NCBI GenBank assembly: GCA_951406725.2
Contig: OX597833.1
Location: forward strand, 46,190,001 to 46,254,000
Length of the DNA stretch: 64,000 bases
Origin: Octopus vulgaris
Taxonomy: Eukaryota
Reading direction: 5' to 3'
Shown here: piece after piece, positions 39,351 to 52,683 of the stretch
Numbering within the stretch: position 1 is the first letter of the stretch
Layout: each line of letters opens with the position of its first letter
Program-made: the position numbers and the translations under genes
The notes under the pieces: generated by a model
Database searches by the model: none
Told to the model about the DNA's origin: nothing
The model's input: only the letters and a program-made list of their open reading frames with translations

Positions 39351-39583
39351 CAGATATGGAATTGTATAACTGAAGTTGCGTGTGAAAAAACAAAGGCTCA
39401 CACTTAAGGATGATACAGAAAAGAAGAAAAAACGAACAAAAACAAGAAAAATTATGAAGTAACCGGATATCTCGGTGCAAGTCTTTATCATTATACATAC
39501 ATACACACACATACACACACATACGCACACATGCACACACTTACACACACGTACACACGCCACAAACGCACGCACATATATAA

Positions 39584-39586
<3 letters not shown>

Positions 39587-39614
<28 letters not shown>

Positions 39615-39758
39615 CATACATACATACATACATACAAACATACATACATACATACATACACATACATACATACATACATACATACATACATACATACATA
39701 CATACATACATACATACATACATACATACATACATACATACATACATACATACATACA

Positions 39759-39788
<30 letters not shown>
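39587..39788. repeat. (CATA)n microsatellite
   Basis: Direct reading. Confidence 0.95.
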
Positions 39789-39790
<2 letters not shown>

Positions 39791-39943
39791 GAATTTTGAT
39801 AGGTAATTTAATTATCTGTTTTGTTTATATAATTAGATACACCCGCACACATTCACACACAGACACACATACACACAGGCACATACGTGTACAAATACGT
39901 ACATTTCTAGTTATTCCGTTATCTCCAGTTTCTTTTTTGATTA

Positions 39944-39990
<47 letters not shown>

Positions 39991-40103
39991 GTGTGCGCGT
40001 GTGTGCGTGCGCGCGCGCGTGTGTGTATATATATATGTATATATAGAGAGAGGTATGTCTATAAATATATATATGTATATATATATATATATTTATGTCT
40101 ATG

Positions 40104-40146
<43 letters not shown>

Positions 40147-40371
40147 ATGTCTCTCTTTTTCTCTCTCTCTCTCTCAATATATATATATATGTCTATATAT
40201 ATGTATATATATTCATGTATACATACACACACACTCACATATATATATATATAATATATAAATATAAATGTACATATATATGTATATAGTTATGTGTGTG
40301 TGTCACGTGTGATATGAGAGAGATAACCTGGTAAAATAAGAACGTGTAAGTATATATATATATATATACAT

Positions 40372-40426
<55 letters not shown>

Positions 40427-40435
40427 ATATGCATT

Positions 40436-40481
<46 letters not shown>

Positions 40482-41036
40482 TGTATTCGTGCGTCTATGT
40501 GTGCGCGCATGCACGTGTGTGTCTAATTATATAAGTGGAACAGATAATAAAATTATTTCGGTGAGAGGTGTTAACATCAAGTGTCATGATAAAATCACAT
40601 CAGACACAGCACTGATTATTATATATAAAACAATAAACATAAATAGCTTTATTTTGTGATTAATTATGGATAAAAATAATTAAGACAGACAACAGATTTT
40701 TTTTTCTCCCTAGGACAGGGAAAATATGTCACTCTATTTCCCATAAAATTAGGTTGGAAAAACATAGGCGAGGTCCTTTCTTTAAAGAATGCAAGTACAG
40801 TTTTAGGGCGTTGGAATTATCATACAATTCACATAGTAAAAGAAAATATAGCACCAACCATAACGCACAGAGAGAAACGTTCTCGGATACAGGAATATAC
40901 TTAGGAACACACGGGGAGACGCGTGCAAACGCTCGCGTGTGTACGCGGATGTATGGATATGCAAAGTTTGGTGTGAATGTTGATAGTTATGTAAATTTGT
41001 GTGTATCTGGGTGCTTGTGCGTGTGTTAGTGCATGT

Positions 41037-41074
<38 letters not shown>

Positions 41075-41107
41075 AAGGGCATATGATGCACGTGTGCGAG
41101 TGCTTGC

Positions 41108-41139
<32 letters not shown>

Positions 41140-41143
41140 CTAA

Positions 41144-41210
<67 letters not shown>

Positions 41211-41217
41211 CCTACAT

Positions 41218-42013
41218 ACCTATTTCTTTACTACCCAGAAGGGGCTAAACACAGAGAGGACAAACAAGGACAGACAAACGAGTTAAGCCGATTACATCGA
41301 CCCCAGTGCGTCACTGAAACTTATCTAATCGACCCCGAAAGGATGAAAGGCAAAGTCGACCTTGGCAGAATTTGAACTCAGAATGTAGCGGCAGACGAAA
41401 TACCTATTTCTTTACTACCAACAAGGGGCTAAACACAGAGAGGACAAACAAGGACAGACAAACGAGTTAAGCCGATTACATCGACCCCAGTGCGTCACTG
41501 AAACTTATCTAATCGACCCCGAAAGGATGAAAGGCAAAGTCGACCTTGGCAGAATTTGAACTCAGAATGTAGCGGCAGACGAAATACCTATTTCTTTACT
41601 ACCAACAAGGGGCTACTCACAGAAAGGACAAACAAGGACAGACAAACGAGTTAAGCCGATTACATCGACCCCAGTGCGTCACTGGAACTTATCTAATCGA
41701 CCCCGAAAGGATGAAAGGCAAAGTCGACCTTGGCAGAATTTGAACTCAGAATGTAGCGGCAGACGAAATACCTATTTGTTTACTACCAACAAGGGGCTAC
41801 TCACAGAGAGGACAAACAAGGACAGACAAACAAGGACAGACAAACGGGTTAAGTCGATTACATCGACCCCAGTGCGTAACTGGTACTTATTTAATCGACC
41901 CCGAAAAGATGAAAGGCAAAGTCGACCTCGGCGGGATTTGAACTCTGAACGTAGCGGTAGAAGAAATAAGCATTTCGCCCGGCGTGCTAACGTTTCTGCC
42001 AGCTCGCCGCCTT
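41218..42013 (-). mobile_element. SINE family B tetramer, 184-bp period
   Basis: Units start at 41221, 41405, 41589 and 41773; single head near 42010; TSD TCTACCTACAT at 41207-41217 and 42014-42024. Confidence 0.9.
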
Positions 42014-42037
42014 TCTACCTACATTCTACCTACCTAC

Positions 42038-42141
<104 letters not shown>

Positions 42142-42184
42142 ATATCTATCTATCTATCTAATCTATTTATTTGTGTGTCTGTCT

Positions 42185-42733
42185 GTAATCCAAGTCGTGG
42201 AGTTGTACATCCAGTGGACAGGCAGAAGGGTTTTATTCTTAGTTTTGAATGCCTTAGGGTTCACAGACTTGTAAATAATCCTGAAGCCAGCAGCATTGCT
42301 ACACGTAACTAGCATCACTCTGTCTATCTGTACCTTAAATACTTGGGCCCTAGTTTCTTCCTTCATGATGTCCGTTCTGGAAGGCATCGTCTTCCATAAC
42401 AAGCCAGTCTCGTCCATACTAAAAACCTATTCCGGCTTGTATCCGTTGTCTTCGATGATCTACCTGAAGATTTCAAGCTACTTCTCGGCGTTTTCTTCTT
42501 GGCTGATGCTGTCTCTCCATGAAGGGAAACAAACTTTATTTTAAACCGTTTCTGGAAATGCAGTATATTCTTATCGATAACTAAGCCATAAAAAAGTGTG
42601 GAAAAGTATATATTGCCACGAAAATTTATATATATTTACGTTTCCGCGAATATGCGGTGGTTTCTGCGAACAATTATTAGTTCGCGAATAACAGGGACCG
42701 CGAATGCCGAACCGCGAATATGCGAATACACTG
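42185..42733 (-). mobile_element. Tigger/pogo-like transposon remnant
   Basis: MDETGLLWKTMPSRT..DRVMLVTCSNAAG..SVNPKAFK..LPVHWMYNSTTWIT (DDE_1-like); one end TA-CAGTGTATTCGCATATTCGCGG. Confidence 0.85.
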
Positions 42734-42734
42734 T

Positions 42735-42770
<36 letters not shown>

Positions 42771-42782
42771 TGTATATAAATA

Positions 42783-42818
<36 letters not shown>

Positions 42819-43139
42819 TGTATGTATGTATATATATGAGAAAAGAAATGGAACAACAATTAACAATTAGAAGTCGATCATTGGTATTAAATGGTCTTAG
42901 TTTAATCGTAGTTAAAATAACATTTACAGCTGTTTCAGTTTGTTATTTTTGAGGTAAATTTGCATTTATCTCGTTCCATGTAACAAACATCGTCAGAATG
43001 ATTTAGAGTTTATCGGACGAATATAGAAAGGAGAAAAAGGAAAAAGGAAAAAGGAAAAAGGACAAGAACACGGATAAAAAGGAAAAAAGGTAAAAAGTTC
43101 GTTAAGTCCTTGGGCTTACATCTTTGTGTAAAGGTACAA

Positions 43140-43485
43140 GGTACAAGGCCTGACATTTGGGGGCAGGGGACTAGTCGATAACATAGACCCAAGTGTTTCA
43201 CTGGAATTTATTGACCTCGAAAGGATGAAAGGCAAAGTCGACCTCGGCGGAATTTGAACTCAGAACGTAACGGCAGACGAAATACCTATTTCTTTACTAC
43301 CCACATGAGGCTAAACACAGAGAGGACAAACAAGGACAGACAAACGGATTAAGTCGATTATATCGACCCCAGAGCGTAACTGGTACTTATTTAATCGACC
43401 CCGAAAGGATGAAAGGCAAAGTCGACCTCGGCGGAATTTTAACTCAGAACGTAGCGGCGTGCTAACGTTTCTGCCAGCTCGCCGT
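43140..43485 (-). mobile_element. SINE family B dimer
   Basis: Two cores joined by the GAAATAG|GTATTTCG junction. Confidence 0.85.
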
Positions 43486-44244
43486 CCAACAAACAAATAG
43501 TAATAATTATAAGAAAACAATGAGATGTCACGACTGGAATGTCATTCATTATAAGTCTGCTCAGTCAGGGCTCACCTGGGGTTAAACATCATTAACGACA
43601 GACATCAGATCTGCATTCATCCAACACATCCACTGTGATCGCAAACTCTGTTTTTCCAATTTCTAAGTGCATCACCACCACCGCCACCACCACCACCACC
43701 GCCACCACCACCACCACCGCCACCATCACCACCTCCACTGCCTGTACAGGCACCGCCATCAACACCTCTATCACCACAATTACCACCGCCACCACCAGTT
43801 CTCCTCCACCACGACCCCCACCTCTAATATAACCACCGATACCCCTCCACAATCACAATAGCCGCCATTGTGGTGGACAATAGGCTAAAGTTTGGTGTTT
43901 ACTCGCCATCTTGTCCACAGCTTATTACGCTGTGGGATATCAAAATGTCATTGTTATATTAAAACATACATGACCGGTTTTAATCGCCCCCCCCCCCCAC
44001 TTACATTCTTCTTTAAATTCTCTGTTGGTTTTTTTTCCCCTTCCCATGTCTTCCCTGATCTACTTTCTCCAACTCCTTCCATCAACGGATGTCAATTTAC
44101 CGTGATATCTTAGTTGGACAATATTAACGCGATAGTCACGTGGCTGAGTGTGACCGGTCACACTCGTTCAATTATTTCACACATACACACACACACACTC
44201 ACACATAGATGTGTGTGTGTGTGTGTATACATACAAATACACGC

Positions 44245-44292
<48 letters not shown>

Positions 44293-44294
44293 AG

Positions 44295-44329
<35 letters not shown>

Positions 44330-44330
44330 C

Positions 44331-44361
<31 letters not shown>

Positions 44362-44606
44362 TGTATGTATACGTACATACATACACACACATACATACAC
44401 ACATACGAACACGTATTTATGTGTGTATGTAAGTATGTATGTATATAAGTGGGTGTGTATATGTGTGTATGTATGTATATATACGTACATACATGCACAC
44501 ACATACATACATACGTACATACACACATACGAACATGTATTTATATGTGTGTATGTATGTATGTATGCATGTATGTATGTACGTATGTATAAGTGGGAAA
44601 GACCAG

Positions 44607-44642
<36 letters not shown>

Positions 44643-45190
44643 AAGAGAGAGGGAGAGAAAGAGAGAGGGAGATGGGTAAGAGGTGATTATGGGTTCACGG
44701 CACTGATTTGAAATGTAGCGCAAAAGTAAGTACTCAGTACTGAAATTAAACTAACATTTATTCAAAGCTGCGTTTGCGTTGGATCGCTCTCAACAAACGT
44801 AGGAAGAAGATCCAGAGTAACACGCCACAGGATTAACCTTAAAAAAATATATATTATTAGATTTCATAAAGCTCACGGAGACTTCTTTACGCATTAATAA
44901 TTTCCACGTGGAGTGCTATATCTGATGTCGCTGAGTTATCACTACAACAGAGTGGCCCGAATTGACCAATCGAGGTTAAGTTCTTTCTGTAATAAAGAAG
45001 CCATTTTGATTTTTTTTTTTTTTTTTGCTCTTTCACTTTGCTTCAGAATATCCGAAAATAAAAATGGTCGTGTTTTCCCGTCCATGAAACCTTGAGGGAT
45101 ATGAAAATCTCTCCAATGTATAAATATAGTTTCGAGTTAATTTAATGGCTCGTGAGTGAATTTGGTGGACGGAAACTGTGTGGAAGCCTG

Positions 45191-45242
<52 letters not shown>

Positions 45243-45305
45243 GTGTGTGTGTGTGTGTGTGTATGTATATATATTATATATATACATACATACATACATA
45301 CATAT

Positions 45306-45404
<99 letters not shown>

Positions 45405-46111
45405 TATTCACATATATATCTCCTGATTAAGTGATCGACCAGACTATCAGATGTTGTTACACATCGCTGGTGACAATGTACTTTGTATCGTTATAGCCTT
45501 CGATTGACGCCACCCCGCTGGCTAGGTGAACAGGTCACTGGGTCACGCACCTTCACACACACACACACACACACTAATTTATGTGTACATGTATTTATGT
45601 ATGCATGTGTAATAATGTGCATGTGTCTTTGCGTTTGTGTTTATGTTCCAACCACCAACACTTGACAACCGGTGTTGGCTTGTTTACATCCCCGTAACTT
45701 AGAGATCCAGTAAAAGTGACCTATCGAATGAGTACCAGATTTTAAAGGAACATATACTGAGATCGTTTAATTAATCGACTAAACTTTTAAAAGGTGTGTT
45801 CCAGCATGGCCACAGTCGAATGACAGAAACAAATAAAAGAAATAAAAGTCTGTTTTTCTATATTTCGGGTTCAATCCCACTAGGCTAACAAAGAATAAGT
45901 TCCACTAAAGGCGGTGTTCCAGTATGGCCGCAGTCAAACGTCTGAAACAAATAAAAGAGTAAAAGAGATATTCTTTTTTATCTTTTTTTATTTATTTTGC
46001 ACTTTATGAACCAATATTTTGTTTGATCGTGTGCGTTCCGAAAAATGAGAGAAAAAACCTGCAAATTCTTTCTTTATGTGGTCTTTTGCTCTAACAGAAA
46101 TAACAGCTTGA

Positions 46112-46744
46112 CGGCGATGAGCTGGCAGAAACGTTAGCACTCCGGGCGAAATGCTTTGTGGTATTTCGCCTGCTGTTACGTTCTGAGTTCAATTTCCGCC
46201 GAGGTCGACTTTGCCTTTCATCCTTTCGGGATCGATAAATTAGTGACCAGTTACGCACTGGGGTCGATATAATCGACTTAATCCGTTTGTCTGTCCTTAT
46301 CTGTCCTCTCTGTGTTTAGTCCCTTGTGGGTAGTAAAGAAATAGGTATTTCGTCTGCCGTTACGTTCTGAGTTCAAATTCCGCCGAGGTCGACTTTGCCT
46401 TTCATCATTTCGGGGTCAATAAATTAAGTATCAGTTACGCGCTGGGGTCGATGTAATCGACTTAATCCCTTTGTCTGTCCTTGTTTGTCCCCTCTATGTT
46501 TATCCCCTTGTGGGCAATAAAGAAATAAGAAACGTTAGCACGCCGGGCGAAATGCTTGGCCGTATTTCGTCTGCCGCTGCGTTCTGAGTTCAAATTCCGC
46601 CGAGGTCGACTTTGCCTTTCATCCTTTCAGGGTTGATTAAATAAGTACCAGTTACGCACTGGGGTCGATATAATCGACTTAATCCGTTTGTCTGTCCTTG
46701 TTTGTCTCCTCTCTGTGTAGCCCATTGTGGCCAGTAAAGAAATA
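46112..46744 (+). mobile_element. SINE family B trimer with a 16-bp TSD
   Basis: TSD AGAAAT(A/G)ACAGCTTGA at 46096-46111 and 46745-46760; one head and three units. Confidence 0.9.
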
Positions 46745-47643
46745 AGAAATGACAGCTTGATCTAACCGAAATAATCAATCAGATAATCCTGTCTTAGATA
46801 CAGAGTGCCTCGAAAAAACGAAGAGGGATTGGCCCCAGAGGGAATGTCTCATTATATTTTAAGTGTTGTTGATCAGGGTTGGTCTGGGGCTAAACAACAA
46901 TAGCAACAACAGCAACAACTGGCATATTTATGCACCTTAATATGATTTTAAAGTAGTTTTATTTCTGGGTCAAGATATCAAAGTTAATATGGTTGACATC
47001 TGACTAAGAGCGAAAAATAAATGAATGCCAAAAACAAATACAGCATCAACAAAATGAAGTCTTAAAAAAAAAAAGTCAATGACTTATTAAGTGTGACTTC
47101 CCTATTGCCATCTTCACCCTGTCCACACCCGGCCAAAAGGTGAAGAAAGTCATCCTAACAAGGGATGTTTGTTCTGGTTATGTTTTTGCGGCAAGAAAAG
47201 ATCAAATTGTCTACGCATGTCAATACTAAGAGTCAACTACATCATGACTCATTTCACCATCGTGACAGATTCTCGTAAAAACTAGGCATTCGTTTATCTT
47301 TCCATGTTTTTATGTCCGACTCTTTGTCTAAAATTACTGAATTTATAGCGGAAAATAAATACCATTTGGTTACACAGCTATGAACTGTGTAATTACACTT
47401 TTATTATTTTAGTTCCAGTCATTGAGTTGCTGTGGCCATACTGGAGCATCGTTTCATTGAGAATATTTCTTTTACATCTACCCCAGTAATTATTTTTATC
47501 AACTGTTACTTCTTTTATTGATTACTACCCGTTTTATTAACTGCTTCTCATTTTATCGACCTCAACTCGTTTTATGAAATGCTATTCATTTTATCAATTT
47601 CTAATCATTTTACCGATTGGTACTCATTTTATCAATTTTATTA

Positions 47644-48034
47644 GGTATGGCTGTGTGTTAAGAAGGCGGCGAGCTGGCAGAATCGCTGGCACACCGGACG
47701 AAATGCTCAGCAGTATTTCATCTGCCGCTACGTTCTGAGTTCAAATTCTCCGAGGTCGACTTTACCTGTCATCCTTTCGGAGTCGATTAAATAAGTACCA
47801 GTTACGCAATGGGGTCGACATTATCGACTTTAATCCGTCTGTTTGTCCTTGTTTGTCCCCTTTGTGTGTAGCTCCTTGCGGGCAGTAAAGAAATAAGAAG
47901 CTTGCTTCCCAACCACCTGGTACCGGGTTCAGTCCCACTGCGTGGCACTTAGGGCAAGTGCCTTCTACTATAGCCGTCGGTCGACCAAAGCGTTGTGAGT
48001 GGATTTGGTAGACGAAAATTAAAAGAAGCCCGTC

Positions 48035-48103
<69 letters not shown>

Positions 48104-48300
48104 TTTATGTCTGTGCACCTCCACTATTGCTTGACAACTGTTGTTGGTGACTTTACGTCCCCGAAACTTAGCGGTTCGGCGGAGGGGATCCGATAAAATA
48201 AAAACTAGGCTTACAAAGAATAAGTCCAGCGGTCGATTGCTTCGTCTAAAACCATTTAGAGCGATGCTCCAGTATGGCCGCAGTCGAGCGACTGAAGCGG
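47644..48300 (+). mobile_element. SINE A with a SINE B (47666-47893) nested in its tRNA head
   Basis: TSD TAAGAAG at 47659-47665 and 47894-47900. Confidence 0.88.
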
Positions 48301-48527
48301 GCAAAGGGATTTTATTGATTGCTAATCATCTTATCGAGTGCTACTGATTTTATTGGCTTCTAATCATTTTATTAAACCCGGATAGCTGGTAGTTATAGTG
48401 CACCTAGGCAAGATTTGAACTCCGAAAGTGAAAGGAAATAATTAAATGCTATATGCTATTTTGTTCGGTGTTGTATGAATTATGTTATCTATGTGCCATG
48501 TTAAGACTTACTTTCATTTGAATGTAG

Positions 48528-49295
48528 GGATCTTTACCTTTTGACCTACAGATTTAAAAAATAATTTTTTGTAACTAAACACTTTCAAACTTCTGACACT
48601 GGTAGAATGTGTCATACAAAACATGTTTTACTCTCAGCATTTTTGAGAAAAACTTATATTTACGAAGATATTTCACCTTAAAGTTCTCGTAAATTCGGTA
48701 ATTTCAACCAATCAATGACGTGGATTCAGCTGAATAAAATTACTGCCGTTGTTTGTCAACAACAACTTCCGGCGGTGTATATTTCGTTTGTCACTGTTAT
48801 TTATGACATCGTTCGTGCGTTTGTACTGGTTTTAGGTTTTAGGGTTAGGGTTTTAGGATTAGGGTTAGGGTTTTAGAGTTAGGGTTAGGTCTAGGGTTGG
48901 GGTTTCAGGGTTAGGTTAGGGTTTTAGGGTTAGAGTTTTAGGGTTAGAGTTAAGGTTTTAGGGTTAGGGTTATGGTTACGTTTTAGAGTTAGGGTTAGGG
49001 TTTTAGGGTTAGGGTTATCATAAATAACAGTGAGAAACGAAATATGCACCGTCGACAGTTGTTGTCGACAAACAACAGCAGTAATTTTATTCAGCTGAAT
49101 ACACCTCATTGATTGGTTGAAATTACCGAAATACGAGAACTGTAAGGTGAAATATTTTCGTAAATGTAAGTTTTTCTCAAAAATGCTAAGAGTAAAACAT
49201 GTTTTATATGACACGTTCTACCAGTGTCCGAAGTTTGAACGTGTTTAGTTACAAAAAATTATTTTTTAAATTTGTAGGTCAAAAGGTAAAGATCC
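48528..49295. mobile_element. Non-autonomous DNA transposon with ~279-bp TIRs, 8-bp TSD and a (TTAGGG)-like core
   Basis: Ends GGATCTTTACCTTTTGACCTACA and TGTAGGTCAAAAGGTAAAGATCC; TSD GAATGTAG at 48520-48527 and 49296-49303. Confidence 0.92.
48828..49016 (+). repeat. Degenerate interstitial telomeric repeat (TTAGGG / TTTTAGGG)
   Basis: Direct reading. Confidence 0.9.
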
Positions 49296-49994
49296 GAATG
49301 TAGTACTATACATCGCTTCAGGTAAGAGAATGACTTTATCCTGCAGCAATACTGGAAACAAGTAACTCAGTATTTTTAAGTCACCGTTGTCCTTACGTTG
49401 GGTTCATCCATACTTTTGATAGGTACTGATTTTGTCTTGTTGTTTCTAACAAACCCCTTCACGAGACTAATCTGGTAACGTAGGGGACCGGTTTAGTCGC
49501 CGATGACCCGACCATGCAGTTGACTGTACCAGAATGAATTTTGCCATTAGCACAGGTGAGCGACCAGGTAAAAAAAAAATTGAATCAAAGCAAACTAGAT
49601 AACGTAGACATACGCAATAAAAAAAACAACAAAAAACAAATATGTAAATTAAACTAACGACTGTGTTCATAGCCTAACTTGTGACTGCTTTATATATGAC
49701 AGCTATTGATTGGGAAAGGAAGCCGAGTACCCTTTCTCTGAGGAGCAGTCAATAAACTGTAAAACGGGCAGTCAGGAGACACGAACTCGATTATCCGGAG
49801 ATCGAAAGTGCAAATGGTATGTCTTTACATTCTTACATTTCTCGTACTCATAGGCTTTCTTACACGTATATTCGTACATACACAGGCGTACGTGTGTATG
49901 TGTATGTGTATGTGCTTTTAATAGCGAGGCTAAACTTAAAAAGTTTATAAAAATAAAGTTATACCTTACATTTCAAATGTAATTTATATACCAT

Positions 49995-50514
<520 letters not shown>

Positions 50515-50635
50515 GGTATATACTATACATGTATATATACACATGTATATATACACATGTGTATAAATATTAGATAGATAGATAGAACATAGATACATAC
50601 ATTCGTACACAGACAGACAGACAGACAGACAGACT

Positions 50636-50780
<145 letters not shown>

Positions 50781-51124
50781 ATAAATAGATAGATATGTGT
50801 ATGCTGTTTATGTGTTTATGTACTTGTGTGTGTGAAGAAATAAATTTTGACACCTTGGCGTTATTCTATACGGTAAACAATGCCAACAAAAATAAACGAA
50901 ATGGAAGGGAGGAGGGGCGGGAGGAGAAATTGCGAGCGTATAAGGTTGAAGAGTCAATGAAAAAAAAATGCTAGTGGAGTATCTGTTATTATTAGTATTG
51001 CCTCTGACTGCAAGCACCAGGATCTTTTTTCAAATTGATCTTGTTACTAAATACTATTAAAGAATGTCGGTGCTATGTTTGAACAAGTGCGTTTCAGGTT
51101 ACATACACACACAGAATAACAACG

Positions 51125-51170
<46 letters not shown>

Positions 51171-51212
51171 CACATACACACACATATATGTATGTATATG
51201 TATATGTGCATA

Positions 51213-51279
<67 letters not shown>

Positions 51280-51344
51280 TACACACACACACATTATCTA
51301 TATATATTTATATATACATATATATGAATATGTGTGTGTGTGTA

Positions 51345-51434
<90 letters not shown>

Positions 51435-51799
51435 TATTCATATATATGTATATATAAATATATATAGATAATGTATAACATATATGTATATATTCACAAC
51501 ATATAGACATATGTCATCAGTATAGATGTGCGTGTGTGTGTGTTTGTTGTTGAAGAGTGTATACATATATACATATATAACACAAGCATAAATATATACA
51601 TACACTTAGATTACATAAGTGTATGTATGCATATGTATACATAGATACACTTATGCAATCTAAGTGTATGTATTTATGAATACATACAATTACATACATA
51701 CACAATATACACATACAACAAAACATATATTACACATACAAACACACACGCACATAGATATACACACGTAAATACATTTATACACTTACATTCTCTTAT

Positions 51800-51965
51800 A
51801 GGCGCAGGAGTGGCTGTGTGGTAAGTAGCTTGTTTACCAGCCACACGGTTCTGGGTTCAGTCCCACTGCGTGGCATCTTGGGCAAATGTCTTCTACTTTA
51901 GCCTCGGGCCGACCAAAGCCTTGTGAGTGGATTTGGTAGACGGAAACTGAAAGAAGCCCGTCGTA

Positions 51966-52002
<37 letters not shown>

Positions 52003-52107
52003 TATATAGAAGGAGCTTCTACAGGACTAGAACTAATAAATTAATTTTACTCTGCTATGTATTGAGTACCTTATTTACTGTGGTTAACCCCGAATCAACC
52101 CGGGACC

Positions 52108-52179
<72 letters not shown>

Positions 52180-52358
52180 TCCCCCTAGCATTGCCTGACA
52201 ACTGATGCTGGTGTGTTTATGTCCCCGGCAAAAGAGACCGATAGAATAAGTACTAGGCTTACAAAAGAATAAGTCCCGGGGTCGAGTTGCTCGATTAAAA
52301 GGCGGTGCTCCAGCATGGCCGCAGTCAAATGACTGAAACAAGTAAAAGTAAAAGTAAA
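51800..52358 (+). mobile_element. SINE family A with a ~100-bp foreign insert (52008-52110) in its central (TA)n
   Basis: 5' and 3' halves are near consensus; the insert is flanked by (TA)n. Confidence 0.88.
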
Positions 52359-52683
52359 AGCATATATATATACTGAATATAAATATAAACATACATGCAA
52401 ACATAAAATGGCGACTGTAGAAGCCAGTTCAATATTCGAACGTATGTAATTACAGCTTACATAAAGATTACATACCACATCACGGAGAATTCGAGCTACA
52501 GAATGCAGATCGGCTTACATAAGAATATTTCTACTTCAGTGTGTAAACATTATGTAAAGTGTAATACTATATAGATGAATGAATAAGCCAAATAAACACT
52601 TCAAACACAATCTCCACGTGTTGCACAGTAACTAAGTACTTACGTTCTTATATATTGGCGAAATTGAAAATATCTTAGTAATA

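Noticed and set aside
48828-49016. True telomere or chromosome-fusion scar
   Set aside because: Short, single orientation, and enclosed by TIRs with a TSD.
49310-49562. Donor-like CAG|GTAAGA and CAG|GTGAGC
   Set aside because: I could not build a credible exon; small exons cannot be excluded without transcript data.
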